Part shown: positions 12,804 to 25,117 of the stretch, piece by piece
Layout: every line of letters begins with the position of its first letter
Position numbering within the stretch: the stretch's first letter is position 1
NCBI RefSeq assembly: GCF_009914755.1
Contig: NC_060942.1
DNA: 64,000 nucleotides
Reading direction: 5' to 3' (one strand)
Source: the human T2T-CHM13v2.0 reference genome, Homo sapiens
The notes under the pieces: model-generated
Seen by the model: the letters and a program-made list of their open reading frames with translations, nothing else
What the model was told of the DNA's origin: nothing
Database searches by the model: none
Position numbers and translations under genes: made by a program

Positions 12804-13451
12804 TCATTAAAATATAGGATAAAAAAATGTACAGCCTAAGAATTAAATATGTGTGTGATGGGCGAGAAAACCAAGTGCCCCAAAGGCTATGCGTAGATAT
12901 TTCTCATTCATCATTGGCCTCCTCATCCTCCCCTATCTGTAACTTCCTTGAATCAAGAAGAAAACAAAGAGTTTTGAAGGTCCACTAAATTGTAGAGCCA
13001 AGGATGAGGACCTCAGCTTGACATATCTTGCACTTCTGTTGTCTGTGAAGTTCAAGACTGTATCAACTTTAAGTTCCTTCTCATATATAGCCCCTGAGTA
13101 TCCAGCCCAAGGATGCTAAATATGCATTCATTTCTGGGTTGATGGGATTTTTTCAATTCCCCTCAAAGGATTGAATCACTTCCATGGGCATATCAAGTTG
13201 AAACAGAAAGTTGGTGACTGCCCTGAATTACTAAAAAGAACTGATAGTAGATAATACTTATTTTGTACTCACAGTGTGCCAGGTATTGCTCTAAGCATTT
13301 TGCATGTCTTAATTTAATATAGCATGGTGGTTAGTGTGGGGACCTGGGTCAGACTGCCAGAACTTGAATCCTTGCTCTTTAATTATGGCCTATGTGACCT
13401 TGGGCAGTCAACCTCTCTGTGCCGTAGTTTTTTTCATTTGTAAAGTGAGGT

Positions 13452-13580
13452 GGTTGGTCACAGTGGTTCATGCTTGTAAATCCCAGCACTGTGGAAGGCT
13501 GACATAGGAGGACTGCTTGAAGCTAGGAGTTTGATACCAGCCTGGGCAGTACAGCAAGACCCCATCTCTTAAAAAAATTA
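13452..13580 (+). mobile_element. Alu monomer (FLAM) inside a MIR
   Basis: Single arm ending AGACCCCATCTCTTAAAAAA; flanks are MIR-like (TGTGACCTTGGGCAG, AGGGTTGTTGTGAG). Confidence 0.8.
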
Positions 13581-13677
13581 AGTCAAAATGAAGTAATTAT
13601 CATGATAGTACCTACTACACAGGGTTGTTGTGAGACTTAAAGGAAGTAACATATTCACAGATCTTAAAACAGTGTAG

Positions 13678-13797
13678 AGCCAGGCATGGTGGCCCATGCC
13701 TATAATCAGAGCTACTCAGGAGGCTGAGGTGGGAGGATCACTTGAGGCCAGGAGTTTGAGCCCAGCCTGGGCAATATAGCAAGACTCTCTCTCTAAG
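13678..13797 (+). mobile_element. Alu monomer (FLAM)
   Basis: GCCAGGCATGGTGG...GGAGGATCACTTGAGGCCAGGAGTTTGAG. Confidence 0.8.
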
Positions 13798-15248
13798 ACA
13801 ACATGAAAAGTCAGTCCAGCACAGTGTCCAAGCTCTGCATGTGCTGCCTGGTTTTCTTTTAGGGAGCCAGTCAGAATATATACTTGGGACCTATAGAACA
13901 TTGCAGATGGGAGACACTAAAACAAATATCTTCACTCTTAGTGTCATGTCAGGGGAGGCCTATGAGAAATCAGTCATTGTCTTCCAGAGGGATGAGGAAA
14001 TTTGTTCCTGACAGAGGTTCCTGCCATCTAGCTGTGTTGCCGCTGCTGTTTTGCATTAGAGAGATTTTTCCCCACCCAAGAGATAACCACAATATACTTT
14101 GCACTTCAGGGCCTTTCATCCCAGACATTTATGGGATGTGATAACAACTCTCCTAGCATTTGTTTCCCACCAAAGTAGGACAGGCCATCAATGGATTGAG
14201 CTTTATGGGAATAGGAATGTTCCAATGCAGTTGAATGAGACAAGAACCAGGTCTAATATAATTCTTCAGAGGAAGAGAGGATGCGCATTTGGCCTGCAGT
14301 AATTGGTTTTAGAGCATAAACAATTGCCAAGATGAAAAAGATGAACAGTTTGGCAAATCTCAGCTCTGGAATCCTGTGCAGAGATACTCCCAGGTTGCTG
14401 TGTCATCCAGTGCCATAGCCACAGCCTGTCAGCGTTTCACTCCCCAGAACATCTAGAGGAGGTAAATCAGAAGTGAGCAGCCTGGTGCTTGGACAGGTGG
14501 GTTGAAGATTTGGCTCAGTCAAATGTGAGGATGGCAGCCCTCCAAAGGCTGGCCTGGAGTAGGAAAGAGGAAGAGAAAGCCATCTCCCCTCCTTTCAAAG
14601 GGCCTGGCTTGGAAGCTTGCTTCTTTTTCTGCAGTGGCTGCCAGGAAGGCGTGTGAAGAGTTCTCTAAATGGTGAATGGTAGTCCTATTTGCCAACTATG
14701 GGCAATTTGCAGTAGAAAAGAACAGAAAATAGTTGTTTGACATAATATTTGTATTGGTAGTTTAACTATAATTGTAGAAATATTAGAATATATAGAAAAA
14801 AATCCATATTATTGGCTCATAACTTCACTGTTTCAAATACCATTCCTTGTTAACTTTCCCCAAAATCATATTTCTACATATTTCACACATGAATATAGTG
14901 TGATTTATTTAACCTCTCCTCTTCCCGTGCTTAATTAGGTTGTCTCTAATTTCTGAAAATCACAAAAGGCAGAGATAAATATACTTGACCGTACATTTTT
15001 ATTGTCATTTCTACCAATTTACTTTGCAGAGATTCCTGGTAGAAAAATTTCTGAGTCAAACGGTATAAGCAAATTGTGATATAAATTATATGTGTGTGTG
15101 TGTGTATATATATATATGGAAATATATATGTGTGTGCATATATAACCATATTTGCTTTTCAGGAAGGGATTGTATACTTTCATAACCATACATGAAAGAG
15201 TCTAGCTCATCCAAGCCTCCTAGCCTTAAAGACAGATAATAGACAGAT

Positions 15249-15292
<44 letters not shown>
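15249..15292. repeat. (GATA)11 tetranucleotide STR
   Basis: Perfect GATA run of 44 bp. Confidence 0.95.
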
Positions 15293-15294
<2 letters not shown>

Positions 15295-15589
15295 TTGCCT
15301 TCATATATAAAAAAATACTGAATTAAATTAAGAAGCAGCTGAAAATTCACCCACATGGAACAATATCATACATTGTAAAATGTCCTGAAGGTTTAAACGG
15401 GGTAGGAAATAAATAAAATTGAAAGGCTTCAAGAAGCAGCTAGTCTTAAGTTGAACATAAATGTGTGGTAAGTATTTAATCAGGTAGATTTAAAATAAAA
15501 ACCTATGTATACCTGGGGAAAGGGGAAAGACTGAACAAAGAGAAGAAGCCAGAATAAGCAAGAAATATTTGGTGGATGGTTTTACCAAT

Positions 15590-16400
15590 GAATGTTTATT
15601 TCCACATCTGTTCATTCAAATAATATTTACTTGGTATGTATTAGCTACCTGGCAGTGTGCTAGGTGCTGAAACTCCAAGGATGAATAACAAACACAGCTT
15701 TGGTCTCCTAATGAAATAGTCTCCTAACTGGCATCCCTGCCTGCAAGCTCAATCTACCACTATCCATCACTAGTACTGCCATCAAAGCATCTTCCAAACT
15801 ATAAACCTGTTTACATTACACCCAGGTTTTAATCCCCAGATCATTTTTACAGGATTGGGAAACTTCAGCGGCTTAGCAATGCTTTGGGATAAAATCCAAA
15901 GACCTTAATGGGGTTTTCGTGGCTTTTCTCCATCTGGAGGCTTCCTACCTCCTCACATCTAGCCTCTCTTCCTCTCTTCCCAAAAATAATAAGGTTCTTT
16001 CAGTTCCTTGAACTGGTCAAATGTGAACTCTTCACACAATGTCTAGACTCCTGGAATTCACAAATGCTGTTTCCTCTTATGAAACATCTCCCCCTCTGAG
16101 CCCATGTTCCTGCTTCACCATTTTTCACCTAGCTAACTCCTGTTCATCTTCTAGCAGTCAGATTTGGGAAGGCTTCCCTTGGCCGTGAGTCTGGGTTAAG
16201 TTTTCTTGCTACTTATGCTCAAAGCACTTCTTATTTCTCCTAGCATAACTCTCATCACATTTTATTTGCATAGCTTCTTTTATCATAGCACCCTCAAGAC
16301 TGTAGTCTCTATAAATACAAAAACTGTGTCCTTCATGTTCACCTCCAAGTTCCTAACATTGCGCCTTACACACAGTATTTTCTCAATAATTATTTATTGA
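15590..16400. mobile_element. L2 LINE remnants
   Basis: TTCATTCAAATAATATTTACT...GTGTGCTAGGTGCTG; AATAGTCTCCTAACTGG; GGGATAAAATCCAAA; GGGAAGGCTTCCC. Confidence 0.65.
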
Positions 16401-17137
16401 AATATTTTGAAATAAAGTTAGTTGTAGGGGACTGACCTGCAACTAACCACCTATTCTATCAACTCAGAGGCCAGATGTTCACAACACTGAATTACGGAGT
16501 CAAACATAACCAGCAAAGGTTCTGAACAGAACAGAACCCAGGCTCAGGAACTAAAGCATAGCATGCCAATATAATATCAACTTAGAGCAGTTCAGTTATC
16601 TCTCTTCTCTAATGCCTCTCTCCCAAGGCCATGGTAACGAGCTAATAAAACCAAATATGTAGGGCCCTGAATAAGGCATCCATTAAACTCTCACATTTAC
16701 TAAGTATTCATTCCTTTCCCTTCTCTCAGCTCTTCATCTTACTCCCAAAGAAACTTGGACAAGTCACTTCTTCCGGGGCTTTCATGTTTTTTGCTGTAAA
16801 AGTAAAGGATTGGAAAAAACAGTTATTGCCTAAACTGGTCAAACTCAGCATCATTAAGACAGCTTTGGCTGAAAACTTCCAAGGGTGGACCTGGAAGCCA
16901 GTTTCTTTATAAAGTTCCCCCAGGTGATCCTGCGGCAGCCAGTCCAACTTAGAACTGCCATCCAGTGTGTTGGAAACACTAGCCTTTTCCAGCTCTAACA
17001 GGCAATGGTTTCATTTTTCTCTCTGCTTCTCACATGGAAAGTGTTTATTCAATAAATCAGAATATGACTCACTTGGCTGGCATTTTTTGTTCCACCAGAT
17101 GAAAACTATGCCATAATTAGCAGTGAAGGTCTACTCT

Positions 17138-17212
17138 ATGTGTATGTGTATGTGCATGTGGGTATATGTGAGAGTGTGTGTGTGTGTTTGTGTGTGTGTG
17201 TCTGTGTGTGTG
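17138..17212. repeat. Imperfect (TG)n
   Basis: TG-rich run. Confidence 0.9.
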
Positions 17213-19456
17213 TTGGTGGACTGGGGTGGAGAAGCGTAAAAAAAGTCGTGCATCCCTCAATCACTTCCATTCCTGACTGGCAGAAGTAGACTTACCAATA
17301 ATGACATTACAGCACAGTGAAGCAGTGAGCTGCTTCCAGAAGGCTGCCCTTAAATAGAGACAAAGTGAAGATGTCCTTTATTCTTCTGCTGTTATTACAT
17401 CAACATCAATCACATTTGCATGTTGGCCAATGGCCACTGTCCTTTTAAGTAAACACCAGAATACTGGTCATTGTGGGCTCTAAGAATGGGTTGGTAGAAA
17501 CAAAATCAAGACCAGTCCAGAGCTTTGCCATTAGTTTAACAGGCAGTATGACTAGAACCAAAGCCCATTAAAAAAACACTAATTCGATGTCCACTTGATA
17601 TAACAATAGAAAATACAAAAGCTGAATGGATCATGCAAGAGATTCAAAGCCCATGGAAAAATTTGAACTCAAAGCCGGCGGAATTATATGGCATATGTTT
17701 TCAGTAATCCATAAACATTTCTTGAGCCCCTTCTCTGAACTAGATGTTGTATTATAAATTGGGAATACAAATCTATTAAGACCTGGTCTATCTCTTTAAA
17801 GAAATTTCAGTCTATTGATATGGAATTTGAAAGAATGCTAATTAAGGATGCACTGTGTGCTAGCTGTATTACACATGATATTTTATTCAAACTCCTTAAC
17901 ACTTCTACATTGTATCAATATTCCACTGACATTCAAACAGTCTGAACAACTTAATATTCAGAGATAATATTAGAGAAACTGGACTACTTCTTTATTAAGA
18001 ATACAGATGGAACTGTTCAGAAATATTATATATTGTACAGAAAAGATTTGCAAACATTGCCTTCTAGTAAATAACCATGGCTCAAGCACTAATTAAAGGA
18101 ATACTCTAATTAAGAATCATCAATCCTAATAAGTTTCTCTGTGACAGCCCAGAAACTTAATGGTTACTGGAGTTTTAAGATGAAAGATTCTGATTCTTCA
18201 AATGCCATTGTCATTTGGGTGTTAACCCTAGAATGAGTCCTTGCCAGCCACACAAATCTGTTCTTCTGTCTTCCCAAGCCAGAATAAGCAGAACTTTCCC
18301 CTTATTTACATCCACATTTTGGCTAAAGCAACAGTCCAGACTCCAAAGAGTCATATGGAATGCTAACTGGGCACTGGTGGTCAAAGCATCATGCCAAAAA
18401 GGCTGAAGTTCTGGAGGCAAAATTCACCCAGTGGCTCCCAGAACAAAAACCCATATATTTTCTTTTTTCCTTTATCAACAAAAAAAAACCATCTCAAAAC
18501 TAACAGTCTATCTAGGCTAATAATTGGACAATCAAGTATTCACTACTCCCCCCTACTCTTTTTAAAAATCTCATTACTGTAACTGGAAAGAGGTAGAAAT
18601 AATCTTTGTGTCTGATTGAAAACAGGTTTCCTGATTCTCTTGGGCTTCCACATTTAACAGCTCATTCCACAGAAACAATCTTGCTTCTGCTTGGCCTAGA
18701 AAGTTTCTGACTTTATTGGTGCATTTTAACACACAGTCTGTCCCCCTTGAATGTGACCTGTCATCATTGAACTTTGAATATACAAATCCCAATCACCGTC
18801 TCCTTCCAAATTAACTGAACACATCTCTCTGTTTTGACTCGAGTTAGATGGTTGCTGCTAAACTTGAAAAGGTTGCGTCTCACTTCCTGGCATCATTGGA
18901 CAGGTTGCAAATCATAACCACACTAATTAGCACATGGATTTCTGGATTTTAAGTATGCCAGGCAAACGGAGATGTAAAGGATGGGAGAGGAGAAAGAGGA
19001 AAGGGTCACTCAGGGGAGAAAATGGAAGGGAGGGAACATGGGCAAAAGGAATTTGACTTTGTTTTATCCTCCAAAGCAGATACTTGCTGGAGGATTAACT
19101 TCAGGGAAAAATCCTTCAGTATTAGCCTTACTTATTTGTTACACAGAAATAAACATTCCTATTCTTTCTTACTAGATCCTCTTCTCTTCTTATTTTGAAT
19201 CATGGTAATACAACAGGTTTCAGAAGGTACTGAATTCAATTATTTCTGGCCTTGCTGTCAAGTGCGGTCAAGTCAATTGCAATCTCATCAATTACATAAA
19301 TGAACTAGAGAAAATGGGTCTTTGGAAAGTTTCTGAGCTAAGCTTTGCTTTCATAGCAAGAAATACCAAACCATCTTTTAAAAGTATACATATATGTGTG
19401 CATATACATACACATACATATACATATGTATACACGTATATACATATACACATATA

Positions 19457-19553
19457 TAGATGGTCCCCAAATTGCAATGGTTAGACTTAGAATTTTTTGG
19501 CTTTATGATGAGTTTATCAGGACATAATCCCATTGTAAGTCGAAGAGCATCTG
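19457..19553. mobile_element. Short Tigger-family MITE (MER47-like)
   Basis: Termini TAGATGGTCCCCAAATTGCAATGG and CCATTGTAAGTCGAAGAGCATCTG are imperfect inverted repeats. Confidence 0.75.
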
Positions 19554-20783
19554 CATGTATATGTATGAAATGCTTCCAGGCCTTCTTCAAATAAAAGAAA
19601 ATTTTTTAGAGAAAAAAATATCCTTTAGGGAACACCCTCCACCCATCCCAACGGCAGTTATTCCAAATGGAGACTTACTTAATTGTGTCACCTACCTACC
19701 TCTTCCTTCTCTAGAATCTCAGGCTATTGCATTGGCATTCTCTAATTAGGAATATATTTGAGATATATCGGAAGAAGCAGACTGTGTGTCTTGATTTTAA
19801 ACTTTGTCTCTTTGCTTTCTCTGTATTCCCCCACATCCCCCCTTCTCCAGTCCTTCAAATAGCCATGTCCTAAATGAACCTTCCAGCCCAGTCTGATGTT
19901 AAAAGAGAAATGTTTATCTTGGAGTGTAGAGATAATTGACAATTAGAAAAGAGGACGCTTTTAGCTCTTGCTCAGGGCACTGAGCTCCTGAACAAAATGC
20001 TCTTTTCTTTGAAGCCGAGTGGATTGCTGAGTGACTCAGGCAGGGATATGTGCATGTTTATATTTAGGGCCTACAAGAGTCAAGGAGCTTTCTGGGACAG
20101 ATTTCCCAACCAGCTGGTCCCAGATAATACCAATAACTCATAAAAGACAAGATCAAATGATCCCAGCCCCTCCTGGTGGGAATTTCTGACTTTAATCCCT
20201 GATGTGTTGGTTTAGGGGAACTGATTTTTGGAGTGAAACCCAGCTCTGCCCCTAGTTTTTATTTTTTTCTGTGCACCAGAAAAGGAGGCTATGGAAAGAA
20301 GTGGCTTTTCCCCAACTCTAATCTGAAAAGTTAGATTCTTTTTTTTTTTTGGAAATTTATAACTTGTTTTATGTTTCTAATTATCATTGTATTTTTATCT
20401 CAAATGTGGCTCACTTTATTATAAATTCATTTTTATTTTATACACTATTAAAAATAATTTTTCCATTCTATCCTCAAAATCCACAACCATTACCCCCGCA
20501 ATAAGGGTAACTATTCTAACGTGTTTAATAAGGTTTTGTTGTTGTTGTTGTTGTTGTTGTTTTAATGTGTTCTTAAGATTAGGTATATTATATATAAATA
20601 TATATTTCTAAATTTCTATGGAAGTTATGACATTGTACATCTATTCTGTTTCTTGCTTTTGTTCTCACTATTTTTTAAAGATCCCTTCATCACACTTAGT
20701 GCACATCTAATCTCCTGCTTCTATCTGAATGCTACAGTGTCTGTCTACTCCATCTTACCTCTCCAATGCTCTGTGTTGCCCCC

Positions 20784-21180
20784 TGCTATGGTTTAAGTGT
20801 ATCCCCTGAAAAACGTGTTATAAACTTAATCCCCAATGCAACAGTGTTGGGAGGTGGGGCCTAATGAGAGCTGATTAAGTCACAAGGGTGGAGTGAATGA
20901 ATTAACATCATTATCTCAGAAGTGGATTTGTTATAAAATGGGTAGCTCAGCTCCCTTTTTATTCTCTCCCTCTTCTCCCCTGCCAGCAACCCCCTCTCTG
21001 TCACCCTCCCTTGCCCTTCTACCTTATGCCATGAGATGATTCAATAAGTACACCCTCACCAGATACCAGCCCCTCGATCTTGAACTTCCAAGCCTCCTGA
21101 ACCATAAGCCAATACATTTCTGTTTATTATAAAATACTCAGTCTCAGGTATTCTGTTATAGCACAAAACAATCGAAGACA
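20784..21180 (+). mobile_element. MaLR solo LTR (MST-type)
   Basis: TGCTATGGTTT...AAACTTAATCCCCAATGCAACAGTGTTGGGAGGTGGGGCCT...TCTGTTATAGCA...AAGACA; TSD CCCCC/GCCCC. Confidence 0.9.
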
Positions 21181-21199
21181 GCCCCTAAGTCCAAGAGTA

Positions 21200-21740
21200 A
21201 CTAAATAAACCTTCCAAAAGAAAACTAAAGGCAGAGGATTTGCCCTATCAAGTACTAATACACACTACAGAGTCATAATAATAAAAACAGTGCATTTAAT
21301 GGTCAAGAATAGAAAAAATATATCAATATAGAGCCAAGGGACAAATTACTGCATATACAGAGATTTACTATAACACATAAGGAGAGTACCATAAACAATG
21401 GGGAAAGGAGGATGGTTTGATAGGTAGTGGTGGGAAACCTGGTTCACTATGTATGTAGAAATAACTAGAACTCTAATGTTACATTCAAAGATGGGTCATA
21501 GATGAATTAAAAGCCCACCTGTGAAAGGTAAAACTATAAAGTTATTAAAAGAAAATATAAATACATATTTTACTTATTTTATTATTAATAATATTTAAGT
21601 AATATTATTACTTAAAAGTGTTTACCTGGGAACAGGAAAACACTTTTAAAATAAAACTTCACAATGCAAATGTAAGACAAGAAAAATTTGATTTATTATT
21701 AAGTAAGAATTCCTGTTCAATAAAAACCACAGATATAAAA
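21200..21740 (+). mobile_element. Old L1 (L1M) ORF2 remnant
   Basis: GGAAAACCTGG-like, GTAAAACTATAAAG, AATAAAAACAGTG segments; A-rich strand bias. Confidence 0.6.
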
Positions 21741-22084
21741 AGTTATTTTCTCTCTTTCCACCTGGATAGTGAACAGAAAATTGTTTCATATGGCTCCTTT
21801 TCACTTGACCTGCTCCAAATTCCAAAGAGTACTCATTCGTTCTTTCTGGTCAAAATTAATGAACAATTCAGTTTTCATTCTATCTAAGCCCTGCATGGTT
21901 TTATAAATATTGAATGGAAAGACCTCACTTTTTTTTTCAATCTACCCCAAGCTAGTATCCCCCAAAAGGAAAAGAGAATCTTACAAGTGCTTCCTGATGT
22001 ATTAAGCAAAACTGTGTTCATAGAGATATTTTGCTCTTCTGAAAGCATCAAATTATACAAACATTTATTCTCTCTCTCTCCCAG

Positions 22085-22163
22085 GTCTGACACCAAGCAT
22101 ACATAGAATTCCTTACATAGTTCTTCTAGGAGAATTCTGAGTTTGCAGAACTAACAGGTTGGG
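22085..22163 (+). other. Candidate non-coding exon
   Basis: Acceptor TTATTCTCTCTCTCTCCCAG| and donor GGG|GTGAGT. Confidence 0.3.
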
Positions 22164-22494
22164 GTGAGTAGCAGGGATGAGATGTCTGAATTCAAAACCA
22201 GTTCCGTCCTCACTTTCAAAACAATGACCCAGAAAAATGACTATTTGTTATTTAAGGTAGCAAACTCTTTCCAAGCTTTCTTAGTAACACTGACAGAATT
22301 AAAACTCCTTCGATCATAAGCATGAAAGCTAGAAAGGAATTAACAAGTTCAGCTATCCTCCACTGTGATAAGGGTACTGCGATAGAGTGTGCTGACATGA
22401 CCACCCAATGTTACAGAGCTAGTTAACTGAGCCAGGCCTATGACTCAAAGAGTTGATTCTTGGCCCTGTTCCTAGATTTCCCAATTGTATTAGC

Positions 22495-23090
22495 AGAGGT
22501 GCCTCAAAGTGCCACAGTGCTCACACAAGGTTGCTGTCAGATATTTTAAATTTTCTAGGAAAACAGTAATAGTTGACATTTGGCAGACACCACACCAACT
22601 ACTAGCTCAAGATAGTTCACAGTTTTAAAATTAGATTGTATTACATTTGTTCTGATGATGTACTACATTTATGAAGCTGGGTTTTCATCTATCCATGCAA
22701 TGAAAAGTAAGTACAGCAAAGAAATCAATGTGAAACAAGATGTAGAGATGATGGTGTCCAATCTGGTTCAAAGATTTGAGAGTATATGTGGAGCCCAGCA
22801 AGCACACATATCCCCATTAGCAGGTAATTGTACTTATTTAAAAATGAAAGTAAAATATAATTTCTCTCCATAAATATATATTAGCTTTTCAAATGGCTTC
22901 TAAGTTGTTAGGACAAATATTAATTCATTTGGATTTTAATACTTAAGATACTGAATACTTAATACTTCTCCTTTTTTAAAATAAACATAAGGTTTAAGTA
23001 TTTCTTTTGGCTTAAGCTCTCCATGAAAAAAATTCTAGGACATACAGAGTACCAAGAGCCAAAAAAAAAAAAAAATGCTGAGAACTTTTG
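22495..23090 (+). mobile_element. hAT-Charlie DNA transposon relic (MER20B-like)
   Basis: Translates to YEAGFS...KSKY...NV...VSNL..RFE.IC..QQAHIS, resembling the hAT transposase C-terminal dimerisation region. Confidence 0.7.
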
Positions 23091-23376
23091 CCCCATTCCT
23101 TAGATAGTCACTCAGAAGGGTAACCTATTTCACAGTCACAAAGGCGTCCCTTTAGGGACTTTGAGACTTGGAGTGGAGACTGTGAAAACCTCCATCTCCA
23201 CTTTAGCAAAGCAACTTCTTGTTTACTAGTTTTCTGCTTTACACATTTCCACAGACTTTCATTTGGAGAAAGGTTTGAGGAGCTGGGGACAAATGGATTG
23301 AATCCACTGGCATGGTAGACTGAGACTGGATTGGGATAAGGAGATGAAGAAATTCTTTGTATTAACAATGATAGGT

Positions 23377-23728
<352 letters not shown>

Positions 23729-23968
23729 TTAACTCTAGCCTCAGCTTCCAAATTAGTCTAAATTTCAAGGTACTTTTAGTTTTTTCTAAATACTAATGAT
23801 TCAGATTTAAACCACTATCTGTTTCTGACCCTGGTTTGATATGTTATTCATGTCTATTGCCAGTATCCACACACACCAAATCACCTAGACTTGTAACTTA
23901 GAATCATTTTTGCCTCTTCCTTCTGTCTTACTCTTCACATTCACTTCAGGCATTAAATTGTGTACATT

Positions 23969-24442
<474 letters not shown>

Positions 24443-24571
24443 TTATCTGCATGAAAGTGATATTTGAGGTAGCAAAAAAGAAAGTCAAGAAGAGAACTCA
24501 GGAGAATATGCTTAGCAGCATGAGAAAGAGGAACTTTATCAAAAGATTCAGGAAATCAGTCACATAGAGAC

Positions 24572-25117
24572 TGATACCAGGGGGCTGGGAGAGACCTCAG
24601 CCGACATCCAGGCTCTTGACACCATCGTGAGAAGGAATGCAAGGATGAGTCAGAAAATAGTGAAAGTATGGCGATTTATTGCAAAACAAATACACTCAAG
24701 AAAGTACATATTCAAGAATAGGGAGTGAGGGTGTACTCAAGAGAGAATCCCACAGTGGAGTTTAGGACTGCTACCTTTATGGGTTTCTTTAACCAAGGAG
24801 CTGAATATTTATGAAAATCCCTGGAAAAAGGTAGAGGTTTCTCGGAACATGGTGCTACCCACTTTTACACCAAATATGTGTGGTCTCAGAACTCTCATGT
24901 CACTGGTCGGTGTGTGATTTGTATGTTAATGGGCATATAGTGAGGTCCCAGGTGAAACCTAGGTAGAATCCACGGCCATGTTGGGTCCAGTCAGTCTTAG
25001 CCAACTTGGTCCACACCCTGTTTTTCAGAGTCTTATCAGCCCATAGCCTCTAGTCATGTTAAACTATTGCCTAGAATTTTTATTCTCCTGTGACCACCCT
25101 GTACTATTCCTGTCTCA
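24572..25117 (-). mobile_element. ERV1-class solo LTR (LTR29/LTR19-like)
   Basis: TG...CA termini (TGATACC...CCTGTCTCA), antisense AATAAA (TTTATT ~24675), 4-bp TSD AGAC/AGAG. Confidence 0.75.
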
